From an uncultured Clostridia bacterium (GTDB lineage Bacteria; Bacillota; Clostridia; Christensenellales; CAG-314), in NCBI GenBank assembly GCA_947053925.1, contig CAMRUG010000002.1, positions 34,461 through 98,460 of the forward strand: a DNA stretch of 64,000 bases. The letters run 5' to 3'. The notes below the pieces were generated by a model. It searched no databases. It worked only from the letters and a program-made list of their open reading frames with translations, and was not told the DNA's origin. Positions 7,967 to 16,870 of this stretch are shown here, one piece after another. Every line of letters begins with the position of its first letter. The first letter of the stretch is position 1. Made by a program: the position numbers and the translations under genes.

Positions 7967-9874
7967 ATGAAAAATAAAACAAAAAAGCAGTCGGTTGACG
8001 CTTTAAACAGCGGCAGTCCCGTTGCGTTGTCCTTTAACGGCGACAAACAGAATACCGCTTCTAAAAAGGAACAGCCGAAGCGTTCAAAAAACGGCGGCAA
8101 ACCAAAACAACAGCCTGCAAATCAGTTTGCAAAGGATAAACATACGGAAAAATCTCCGCGCGAACGTAAAAAACAGCCGTCGGATTTGGCAGTTCATTCC
8201 CGTCCGCACGGCAAACTTAAAGTTATGTTTTTGGGCGGAGTAGGCGAAATAGGCAAAAATATGACCGTGTTCCAATTCGGCGACAGTATCGTAGTGGTCG
8301 ATGCGGGTACGTCCTTTCCGGGTTCTGATATGCCGGGGGTGGACGTGGTTATTCCCGATATGTCGTATCTTGTGGAAAACCGTTCTAAAATCAAAGCGAT
8401 TTTATTAACGCACGGACACGAGGACCATATCGGCGCAGTACCTTTTCTTGTGGAAAAACTCGGCGGCAAATTAGATATTTACGGTACGAAATTAACTCTT
8501 GCGTTGGTCGAAAACAAACTTCTCGAACACAATATCGTCGATAAGGTGCGTCTTGTTCCCGTATCGAGCAAAAGTATCGTAACTCTCGGAGATTTTACGG
8601 CAGAGTTTATACACGTTTCCCACTCCGTTGCAGGTTCGGTGGCAATTTGTCTCCGCTGTCCTGTCGGCGCGATATTGCACACGGGCGATTTTAAAATAGA
8701 CTATACGCCTTTGGGCAACGAAATAATGAATCTCAACCGCATTGCGGAAATAGGCAAGCAGGGCGTTTTACTGCTGATGAGCGAATCTACAAACGTAGAA
8801 AAACCGGGTTATACTATGAGCGAATCGGTCGTTCAGGAAACGATAAACAATGTCTTTCAGGAGGCAAAGGGCAGACGGATAATTATTGCTACGTTTGCTT
8901 CCAATATCGACAGATTGAGTATGATTATCGAACTTGCCGAACGCTACAAACGCAAAATTGCCGTTACGGGCAGAAGTATGGTCAAGTATATCGAAACGGC
9001 TCAGCGCATAGGTCTGCTGTCTGTAGACAACAAAATATTTGTGGATATAGACAAAATTAACGGCATAGACGACAGCAAACTGCTCATTCTTTCAACGGGC
9101 AGTCAGGGCGAACCGATGTCGGCTTTAACCCGTATGGCAGACGGCGAATTCAATAAGGTGCAAATAGGCTCTAACGATACGATAGTTATATCGGCAACCC
9201 CCATACCGGGCAACGAACGCGACGTATATAACGTTATCAACAAACTGTACCGTTTGGGCGCAATGGTTGTCTACTCGGCGCTTTCCGCAGTGCACGTTTC
9301 GGGGCACGCCTGTCAGGAAGAATTGAAGTTGGTTTATACTCTTTCAAAGCCCAAATATTTTATTCCCGTTCACGGAGAATACAGACATTTAAAACAGCAC
9401 TGTATGCTTGTCGAACAATTGCATCACAAGCGTTCCAATATGCTGATTCCCGAAATAGGAGATTGCGTAGAGGTAGACAACAGTTCGTTTAAGGTCGCAG
9501 GACAGGTTGTAAGCGGCAGTATAATGGTAGACGGCTTAGGAGTAGGGGATGTAGGCAACGTCGTTTTACGCGACCGCTTAAGCCTTGCGGAAGACGGTAT
9601 TTTAGTGTGCGTGGCGGGCGTGGACAAAAAGACGCGCCGTATGGTTGCAGACTTGGAAATCGTAAGTAGAGGCTGCTTCTTCCAAGGCGACACAAATACC
9701 GAAAGTCCCGTTGACGAGGTACGTCAGGAAATTGTGTCAGAACTTAATAAACTCACATTTCAGACTATGACGATTGCAGGAATGAAGTCTGCTATACAGC
9801 GCGCGGCAAAGCATTATTTCCGCGTAAAACTCAAACGTAATCCGATTGTCCTGCCGATAATAATCGAAGTTTAA
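7967..9874 (+). CDS. rnj: Ribonuclease J with an N-terminal basic extension of about 80 aa
   Basis: GGVGEIGKN strand, HGHEDHIG metallo-beta-lactamase motif and a full-length RNase J-like core. Confidence 0.92.
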   Translation: MKNKTKKQSVDALNSGSPVALSFNGDKQNTASKKEQPKRSKNGGKPKQQPANQFAKDKHTEKSPRERKKQPSDLAVHSRPHGKLKVMFLGGVGEIGKNMTVFQFGDSIVVVDAGTSFPGSDMPGVDVVIPDMSYLVENRSKIKAILLTHGHEDHIGAVPFLVEKLGGKLDIYGTKLTLALVENKLLEHNIVDKVRLVPVSSKSIVTLGDFTAEFIHVSHSVAGSVAICLRCPVGAILHTGDFKIDYTPLGNEIMNLNRIAEIGKQGVLLLMSESTNVEKPGYTMSESVVQETINNVFQEAKGRRIIIATFASNIDRLSMIIELAERYKRKIAVTGRSMVKYIETAQRIGLLSVDNKIFVDIDKINGIDDSKLLILSTGSQGEPMSALTRMADGEFNKVQIGSNDTIVISATPIPGNERDVYNVINKLYRLGAMVVYSALSAVHVSGHACQEELKLVYTLSKPKYFIPVHGEYRHLKQHCMLVEQLHHKRSNMLIPEIGDCVEVDNSSFKVAGQVVSGSIMVDGLGVGDVGNVVLRDRLSLAEDGILVCVAGVDKKTRRMVADLEIVSRGCFFQGDTNTESPVDEVRQEIVSELNKLTFQTMTIAGMKSAIQRAAKHYFRVKLKRNPIVLPIIIEV

Positions 9875-9903
9875 AAAGGGATACAACCCGTCGATTAAAA
9901 AAT

Positions 9904-10494
9904 ATGTCTACGCTAAAACAACTTGAAGAATATGCGCGCGAGCGCTACATACCCGTAATGCTGGACGATACCAAAGAACTGCTGTTCAATACAGTCAAAG
10001 AACGTCAACCTGAAAGCATTTTAGAAATAGGCACGGCAATAGGGTACAGCGGCATAGTTATGCTTACCGCCGCGCCTGAATCTACTCTCAATACAATCGA
10101 ATTCAGCGAAAAGTCCGTAGCCCTTGCCCGAAAGAATTTTGCGGAATTCGATTTGACGGACAGGGTTAATATTTTTGTCGGCGACGCTCGTGAGATTGTT
10201 CCGCTTTTAACGGGCAAGTACGATTTTATCTTTTTGGACGGACCCAAGGGGCAGTACAAAGCGTTTTATCCTTTTCTTACCGATTTGCTGGCGGTGGGCG
10301 GAACGCTTTTTTCCGATAACGTGCTCTATAAGGGGCTTGTCGAGAATATTCCCGAAGATAACCGCCACAAGCATATAACGGTGGCGCGTAATATGCGCAG
10401 TTTTTTAGATATTTTAACGGCTGATAAACGGTATGAAACAACGCTGTACCGAATAGGCGACGGCGTAACAATTTCCCGCAAAATCAGCGAATAA
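9904..10494 (+). CDS. Class I SAM-dependent O-methyltransferase (YrrM/TrmR-like)
   Basis: LEIGTAIGYSG SAM-binding motif, about 196 aa. Its TAATG overlap with the downstream U32 gene matches the B. subtilis yrrM-yrrN/O arrangement. Confidence 0.8.
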   Translation: MSTLKQLEEYARERYIPVMLDDTKELLFNTVKERQPESILEIGTAIGYSGIVMLTAAPESTLNTIEFSEKSVALARKNFAEFDLTDRVNIFVGDAREIVPLLTGKYDFIFLDGPKGQYKAFYPFLTDLLAVGGTLFSDNVLYKGLVENIPEDNRHKHITVARNMRSFLDILTADKRYETTLYRIGDGVTISRKISE

Positions 10495-11756
10495 TGCAAG
10501 AAAATCACACAATATATACTACTATGACAAACATAATAAGCAAAAATATCTCAAAAATCGAACTTTTGGCTCCTGCCGGCAATATGGAGAAACTTAAAAC
10601 GGCAATTCATTTCGGGGCAAACGCAGTGTATCTTTCGGGTAAGCGTTACGGCTTACGCGCTTTTGCAGATAACTTTACCGATGACGAAATAAAGCAGGCG
10701 GCAGATTACGCGCACGCGCACGGGGCAAAGGTATACGTTACGCTTAACATATTTGCAAAAAACGGCGACTTTAACGGGCTTGAAGATTATCTCGAAGTTT
10801 TGCAAACGGCAAAAGTGGACGCGGTACTTGTGTCCGACGTCGGCGTATTCGATTTTGTCAAGAACCGTTCTTCCCTTGCCGTACATATTTCCACGCAGGC
10901 AAATACTACAAATAAATACGCTGTAAAATACTGGGCGGAGCAGGGTGCGGAGCGCGTTGTTTTAGCGCGCGAAGTAAACCTCCGCGATATTGCCGAAATT
11001 TCTCGGTTTTGTCCTAATGTACAACTGGAAACTTTTGTACACGGCGCAATGTGTATCAGTTATTCGGGCAGGTGCCTTATGTCTAACTACCTTGCTCAAC
11101 GCGACGCTAACCGCGGCGAATGTGCGCAAGCTTGCCGCTGGCAGTGGGAAGTGCGCGAAGTCGGCAGGGAAAACGTTATGCCAGTCGAACAAGACGGCTC
11201 AGGCACATACATATTCAATTCTAAGGATATGAATATGCTTGCTCACTTGCCCGAACTTATCAGCGCAGGCGTTGTAAGTTTCAAAATAGAAGGACGTATG
11301 AAATCGCCTTTTTATGTGGCAACGGTTGTAAACGCTTACCGCAGAGCACTGGACGCAATCGCTTCGGGCGCGTTTAACGACGCTCTCGTTCAGGAATTGA
11401 ACACAGAACTTAACAAGGCGTCTCACCGCGATTATACAACGGGTTTTTATTTTGACGAAGAGGAAAGCCGCCAATATTACCCGTCAAGCAAGGCTGTCGA
11501 AACGCACAAGTTTATTGCCGTTGTCAAGGAAGTTTCGGACGGCTATATCGTAGTGGAACAGCGCAATAAGTTTTGCCTAGGGGATACTCTCGAAACGCTG
11601 TCGGTAACGGAAGATACAAACAAGACTTTCAAGGTAACAGAGTGTACCGACGAAAAGGGCGGCGCAGTCGAAGTGTGCAACCGCGTACAGCAGATACTGA
11701 AAATAAACTGCCCGTACCGTCTTGCCGCAGGAGATATTCTTCGTAAGGAAATTTAG
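10494..11756 (+). CDS. Peptidase U32 family protein (YrrO/TrhP-like)
   Basis: U32 signature ETFVHGAMCISYSGRCLMS and ELLAPAGN near the N-terminus. Confidence 0.88.
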   Translation: MQENHTIYTTMTNIISKNISKIELLAPAGNMEKLKTAIHFGANAVYLSGKRYGLRAFADNFTDDEIKQAADYAHAHGAKVYVTLNIFAKNGDFNGLEDYLEVLQTAKVDAVLVSDVGVFDFVKNRSSLAVHISTQANTTNKYAVKYWAEQGAERVVLAREVNLRDIAEISRFCPNVQLETFVHGAMCISYSGRCLMSNYLAQRDANRGECAQACRWQWEVREVGRENVMPVEQDGSGTYIFNSKDMNMLAHLPELISAGVVSFKIEGRMKSPFYVATVVNAYRRALDAIASGAFNDALVQELNTELNKASHRDYTTGFYFDEEESRQYYPSSKAVETHKFIAVVKEVSDGYIVVEQRNKFCLGDTLETLSVTEDTNKTFKVTECTDEKGGAVEVCNRVQQILKINCPYRLAAGDILRKEI

Positions 11757-11817
11757 TTTAAAATTTTAATTAACTTTTTTATAAGAATTAAAATGCAAAA
11801 ACAGCATTAAATATCAA

Positions 11818-11846
11818 AATCTCCCTGATTTAAAAGGGAGATTTTT
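11818..11846. terminator. Bidirectional rho-independent terminator between convergent U32 and dapB
   Basis: AATCTCCCT pairs with AGGGAGATT, flanked by an A-run upstream and a T-run downstream. Confidence 0.65.
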
Positions 11847-11962
11847 GTGTTTAAACCGAAAAGTACTCAATAGTCTGTCCGTAAAATAGTTTTGCCTGTT
11901 CCGCGTTTTTACAAAAACGCTGCAAACACCGTTACTGTATTTCAATTCTGTTATACGGTATA

Positions 11963-12589
11963 CTAATACTGTTTCAACATATTTTCCGCTTCTTTAACCG
12001 CGCCTAGCGCAAATATTTCTACGTTTTCTGCCTGATGCGTAACGGTAATGCTTTCGCCGTCGGAGGCAAAAACTATTTCGTGTTTGCCGAAGTTGCTCCC
12101 TGCCCGTACGGAGTGTACCGTAACGGTCGAAAAACTGCCTTTGTTTTGTGAAATAATGCTTGCCAAAGCCTTTGCAGTACCGCTCGGCGAATCGGTTTTG
12201 CCTTTTCTGTGCGTTTCTATTATAGCGCAATCCCAGTTTTTCAGTTCGCTTGCCGCAAGTTCGGCAATTTCTTTCAAGAAGGTTACGCCCGTACTGAAAT
12301 TTTCTTTTTTTATCACTTTAACTTGCTTGCTCAGTTCTTCTAAATCCGTCAACTGTTCAGTGTTATGCCCCGTAACTCCCGAAATAAGCGGACACTTGTG
12401 CGCCGAGCAAAAAGCGCACACGTCGCTTGTTGCGCTTGCAGTCGAAAAGTCTATTACCGCGTCGACTTTATCGAGTTTGTTATGTTCAAAATTTTTGTCG
12501 ATTTGGTAGACTTTGTGATTGCGTTTTAATGCAATTTCTACAACTTTGCTTCCCACTCGGCCTTTTGCGCCGAATACGGCTATGTTCAT
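11963..12589 (-). CDS. dapB: 4-hydroxy-tetrahydrodipicolinate reductase (short form, 208 aa)
   Basis: GAKGRVG NAD(P)-binding motif and ETHRKGKTDSPSGTA, equivalent to the E-x-HH-x-K-x-DAPSGTA motif. Confidence 0.88.
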   Translation of the reverse strand: MNIAVFGAKGRVGSKVVEIALKRNHKVYQIDKNFEHNKLDKVDAVIDFSTASATSDVCAFCSAHKCPLISGVTGHNTEQLTDLEELSKQVKVIKKENFSTGVTFLKEIAELAASELKNWDCAIIETHRKGKTDSPSGTAKALASIISQNKGSFSTVTVHSVRAGSNFGKHEIVFASDGESITVTHQAENVEIFALGAVKEAENMLKQY

Positions 12590-13419
12590 TTTATTTCTCC
12601 TTCAAACCGCTTCCAAAATCCGTCTATTTCCCGCCTTGTTTGTCTGCGCGCGCGCGTTAAAGGCAGGCGCATAGCGTAGTCGTCAAAAATTCCCGATTTA
12701 TAAAGCATATATTTTACAGGTACGGGATTTACTTCGCGCATAGAAATCTCTGCAAGCGTTTGGAATATTTCCGAATATTCTCCGTTCAGAACCTTGCGCG
12801 TTAAAAGGGGCGCAACGTTGCTTACTACCGAAATTACTCCCTTTGCGCCGCAGTTCAGACTGCTTGCAAGCAGACCGTCGTTTCCCGAAAAAACTATTAA
12901 AAATCTGCTTATATCAGCAGTGTAATTCAAGTCGTCTCCTGCGTCCTTTATATAGTTTATGCCTTCTTTTTCGTGCAGTTTTTTTAAAACGTTTTTGTTT
13001 AATATGTAACCGCACCTTGCGGGAATGTTGTAAAGCACAAGCGGAATGGACGCGGCGTTTTTTATTGCCTTTATATGACGGTAGTAGCCCGAAGCAGTGC
13101 ATTTGCAAAATGCGGGCGGCGCAACGAGCAATGCGTCCGCGCCGTATTTTTCGTATTTTTCGGCGCATTTTACTGCTTTAAGCGTGTCGGCTTCTTCTAT
13201 ACCTGCTATAACGGGCGTGTTAACTGCCGTTTCTTTTGCAGCGGTAATAAGAAGTTTTTTTTCGCATTCCGTTAGCAGTTGCGCTTCCGCAGTAGTACCG
13301 CAGCACAGTATTCCGTCCGCGTAATCTGCTTGCCGTCTAACAAGTTCCGCGTAACTATTGAAATCTATTTTGCCTTTTTTATACGGCGTTGCAAGTGCGG
13401 TTATCAATGCGTTTTTCAC
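12586..13419 (-). CDS. dapA: 4-hydroxy-tetrahydrodipicolinate synthase
   Basis: GTTAEAQLL (variant of the GTTGE motif) and the IKDAG lysine region. Overlaps both dapB and asd by 4 nt. Confidence 0.85.
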   Translation of the reverse strand: MKNALITALATPYKKGKIDFNSYAELVRRQADYADGILCCGTTAEAQLLTECEKKLLITAAKETAVNTPVIAGIEEADTLKAVKCAEKYEKYGADALLVAPPAFCKCTASGYYRHIKAIKNAASIPLVLYNIPARCGYILNKNVLKKLHEKEGINYIKDAGDDLNYTADISRFLIVFSGNDGLLASSLNCGAKGVISVVSNVAPLLTRKVLNGEYSEIFQTLAEISMREVNPVPVKYMLYKSGIFDDYAMRLPLTRARRQTRREIDGFWKRFEGEIK

Positions 13420-14396
13420 AGTGTAACTCCGTCATAAAACGCCGCCCGTTCCAGTATTTCGTAAGCGTTATATGCCGCGCCTCTAAGCAGATTGTCCGCA
13501 ACTACAAACATATTTACGGCATTTGACGTCGGGTCTTTGGTAATTCTGCCTACTCCTACGTATTTTGTATTGCGCAGCGTTATAGGCATAGGGTAAACGC
13601 CGTTTTGTATTTCGTCCATCAGCAAAACGTTGGGTTCGCTTCTTAACATTTCCCTAATTTCGTCTAAATTTATTTTTTTACGCAAGCGCAGATTAACAAA
13701 TACGCAGTGTCCGACGGTTACGGGTATACGCACGCACATTCCGTTTACGCGCAGGCGCGGTAAATCCAGAATTTTTCGGCTTTCGTCAACAAGTTTCCGT
13801 TCTTCCGAAGTAAAACCGTCTTTCCGTACCGAGCCTATACAGGGAATAACGTTGTCGTAGACGGGGTGCGCAAAAGCTTGCAATTTGCCGTAGCCGTTAG
13901 CGTATTTAAGGTCGTCTAATCCCTGTTTGCCCGCGCCGCTCGCCGCTTGGTAAGTTACCGCGGTCATAGCGGTAGGTTCCAGTTCTTTAAGCGCGTTAAC
14001 CGCTATAACGGTTTGTATTGTCGAACAGTTGGGGTTGGCAATAAGTTTAGAGTCTTTAATCAGTTTGCCGTTTATGGACGGAACAACCAAAGGAACGTCT
14101 TTTTTCAGTCTGAAATACGCGCTGTTGTCTATTACCGTTACGTTAGAATCGAGCAATTTGGGAATATACTCTTTGCTTACATCGTCGGTAGCCATAAACA
14201 TAGCGTAATCTATATTGCCGTCGGTCAGTTTGTCGCAGTGTTCAACCGTCAGTTTTCTATGTCTGAATTCTACCTTTTGTCCTACGGAGTTGTTGCCGAA
14301 CAACCTGATGTTAGAGTTCGCGGCTTTGTCCGCCAGTATATCTCTGAGTTTTTCTCCGACAAGTCCGCTTGCGCCTACAATGGCTATAGTTTTCAT
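13416..14396 (-). CDS. asd: Aspartate-semialdehyde dehydrogenase
   Basis: IVGASGLVG N-terminus and the NPNCSTIQ active-site cysteine motif. Confidence 0.92.
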   Translation of the reverse strand: MKTIAIVGASGLVGEKLRDILADKAANSNIRLFGNNSVGQKVEFRHRKLTVEHCDKLTDGNIDYAMFMATDDVSKEYIPKLLDSNVTVIDNSAYFRLKKDVPLVVPSINGKLIKDSKLIANPNCSTIQTVIAVNALKELEPTAMTAVTYQAASGAGKQGLDDLKYANGYGKLQAFAHPVYDNVIPCIGSVRKDGFTSEERKLVDESRKILDLPRLRVNGMCVRIPVTVGHCVFVNLRLRKKINLDEIREMLRSEPNVLLMDEIQNGVYPMPITLRNTKYVGVGRITKDPTSNAVNMFVVADNLLRGAAYNAYEILERAAFYDGVTL

Positions 14397-14777
14397 AATT
14401 CTCCTTTGTAATAGGGTATTTACGACATTTTTAAGTAATGCAAAATTATTGAATTTTTTACAAAACTTAAATTAAACTGTAAAAAGAATTTAAAAAACGG
14501 AGGCGCAATGACTTGTAAATTACGTTATAGTTTGATATAATAAGAAAATCAGAGTAATAGGCTTTGCTTTTTGAGCGGATTTTTGTTTAGCGTAACTCGT
14601 TTTTTGCTTAGGCAAAAGTATCTTTGCATAACAAAGTCGGCTAAGGGCAATGAGTAGTGTATATGCTTTACCTACGGCGCTGTCGGAATTATTTATTCCT
14701 GTTTGTCCGACACGATATTAAATATACCGCAAACGGCAACTATTCAATTTAACGTAAAAAGGTTAAAAGGTATAATA

Positions 14778-15932
14778 ATGAATTTCAGTAAAATCAGACT
14801 TAACAACGAGCGTAACGGACACGTTACCAAACGCTTAAACCGTTTAAACACTTGGAACTTTTTTAAAGTATTGTACCGCGAAAACACTTGGCGTCTGTTC
14901 GGTTTCAGCTTGCTTATGCTTGCTTGCTTGGCGCCTATGTTTGCGGCGTTTGTTTACGGCGGTTTTTCAAGTTCTTCTATAACGCAATCGTTGCCGCAAC
15001 TCAATTCTTTCGGTTTTTCAACCGGTATTTGGGACGGTATGGATGCTTATATACAGCAAAAACTGTACGACAACAATATCTTCATAGGTCTTTTGGCTGT
15101 CGCAGGGTCTGTGGTCATTTCACTTGTTTTATCGGGCGGTTTGGCTGTTGTCCGCGATGCGTTTTGGACAGGTAAGTTGTCAAGCGTAGGCGTATTCAGA
15201 AGTATAGGCAAAGGTATCAAAGCCAATTTCCTTTATGCCTTGATAAGCAATGTCGTAATGTCCTTTACCGTTTTCGGATTGTATTGCCTGTATATGTGGA
15301 TGGAAACGGTACTGCCTTTGTGGGCGGCAATAGTAATAATAGTCGTGCTGAGTTTAATAGCCGCATTGCTGTTTATGTATCTTCTGATACTTTGTTCAGT
15401 AACGGTAACTTACAAACAGTCCGTTTACGAAAACCTAGACGACAGTTGGCGGTTAATGTGGCTCAACATTTTGCCTAATATCATACACTTTGTTTTAGCT
15501 CTTATTCCTATCGGGCTGTATTTCCTTTTCCAGAGTTCGATGCTCAATATGATATTTATGGTAATAATGCTTATGTTCGGCGGATTGTATTTCCCGTTGG
15601 TATGGCAAACCCATATGATGAAAACTTTTGCTTTGTTCCACCCTGTAGAAGTAAAGAAAAAGCGCGCTAATAAACAGCAGGCAAATCAACCGCAAGCGGA
15701 ACAGACGGTTGCCGACGCTACACAATATAGCGGCAAAAAGAGTAAAAAAGGCAAGGGCGCCAAAAACGCCGCGCCCGAAACGGAATTGCCCAAAGCGGTA
15801 TCCGATGCCGAAGACGACGATTCCGATCCGTATGCAATCGAAGAGGACGAAGAAGAAAGCGTATCGGAGCAAACTACCGATGACTCTGTCGCACAACCGC
15901 CTGAAACGGAAGAAAATAAAACCGAAGAGTAA
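14778..15932 (+). CDS. Multi-pass membrane protein with a long Lys-rich then acidic C-terminal tail (possibly YesL/DUF624-like)
   Basis: Track ORF 14703..15932, with an ATG at 14778 after AAAGG. Six or more hydrophobic segments. The tail is KKKRANKQQ... followed by a D/E-rich stretch. Confidence 0.7.
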   Translation: MNFSKIRLNNERNGHVTKRLNRLNTWNFFKVLYRENTWRLFGFSLLMLACLAPMFAAFVYGGFSSSSITQSLPQLNSFGFSTGIWDGMDAYIQQKLYDNNIFIGLLAVAGSVVISLVLSGGLAVVRDAFWTGKLSSVGVFRSIGKGIKANFLYALISNVVMSFTVFGLYCLYMWMETVLPLWAAIVIIVVLSLIAALLFMYLLILCSVTVTYKQSVYENLDDSWRLMWLNILPNIIHFVLALIPIGLYFLFQSSMLNMIFMVIMLMFGGLYFPLVWQTHMMKTFALFHPVEVKKKRANKQQANQPQAEQTVADATQYSGKKSKKGKGAKNAAPETELPKAVSDAEDDDSDPYAIEEDEEESVSEQTTDDSVAQPPETEENKTEE

Positions 15933-16003
15933 TCAAACGTAATTAAGACTTATGAGTTGCGACTACCGTGTGCGTGGTCGCAATTCTAATAGGAGTGAGA
16001 GTT

Positions 16004-16870
16004 ATGTCTTGTCAATTAGTCAAAGCAATAATCGAAAATTCTATTGTCGTCAGCGCAATAGAAAGCAAACAGATAGTAAACAAAGCGATACGCGTACATA
16101 ATCTATCGCCCGTTGCCGCAGTGGCAATGGGGCGCGCGCTTACTATGGCGGCGCTTATGGGTAAGGAATTTAAAAACGCGCAGGATTATCTTACCGTAAC
16201 AATCGACGGCGGCGGTCCGCTAGGCAAGATTACCGTTTGCGCGGACGGCAAAGGACACGTCAAGGGCGACGTAATCAATCCGCAGTGCGAAACACTGCTC
16301 AAACAGGACGGAACGCTCGATATAGGCGCGGCTGTCGGAAAAAACGGCAGTATTACCGTAATAAAGGACATAGGCTTAAAACAACCCTATGTAGGTATGT
16401 CTAAACTCGTAAGCGGAGAAATTGCCTCGGACTTTGCCTACTATTTTGCAAAAAGCGAGCAGCAGCCTTGCGGCGTAACTTTGGGCGTGGGGCTTAACAA
16501 AAAGTCCTGCAAGTCCGCAGGCGGCGTTTTCGTTCAGGTAATGCCCAACTGCAGGGAAGACATTTTGTTCCGTGTGGAAACGGTTATGTACGCAATGGAC
16601 GAAATGAGTTACCAGTTTGACGGCAGTACGGCGGAAGAAGTCATAATGCGCTTTTTCGGCGAATTTAATCCCGTCATAACCGAAAGGTCAGAGGTAACGT
16701 ACAAGTGCGATTGCGGCAAACGTAAAATAAACCGCCTGATTAAGGGGCTAGGTAAGGCGGAAGCCGAACAAATACTTGCAGAACAGGGACAAATTGAAGT
16801 CTGCTGTCATTTCTGCGGCAAAAAATACGTTTACGACAAACAGGCAACGGAGAAATTGTTTACAAAATGA
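16004..16870 (+). CDS. hslO: Hsp33 family redox-regulated chaperone
   Basis: C-terminal zinc centre CDCG...CHFCG. Track ORF 15968..16870, with an ATG at 16004 after AGGAGTGAG. Confidence 0.9.
   Translation: MSCQLVKAIIENSIVVSAIESKQIVNKAIRVHNLSPVAAVAMGRALTMAALMGKEFKNAQDYLTVTIDGGGPLGKITVCADGKGHVKGDVINPQCETLLKQDGTLDIGAAVGKNGSITVIKDIGLKQPYVGMSKLVSGEIASDFAYYFAKSEQQPCGVTLGVGLNKKSCKSAGGVFVQVMPNCREDILFRVETVMYAMDEMSYQFDGSTAEEVIMRFFGEFNPVITERSEVTYKCDCGKRKINRLIKGLGKAEAEQILAEQGQIEVCCHFCGKKYVYDKQATEKLFTK

Noticed and set aside
14397-14700. A lysine riboswitch on the minus strand controlling asd-dapA-dapB
   Set aside because: The minus-strand reading lacks the AGAGGCGC-type core and the CUGUC motif. The only L-box-like motifs are on the plus strand, and those are weak (see findings).
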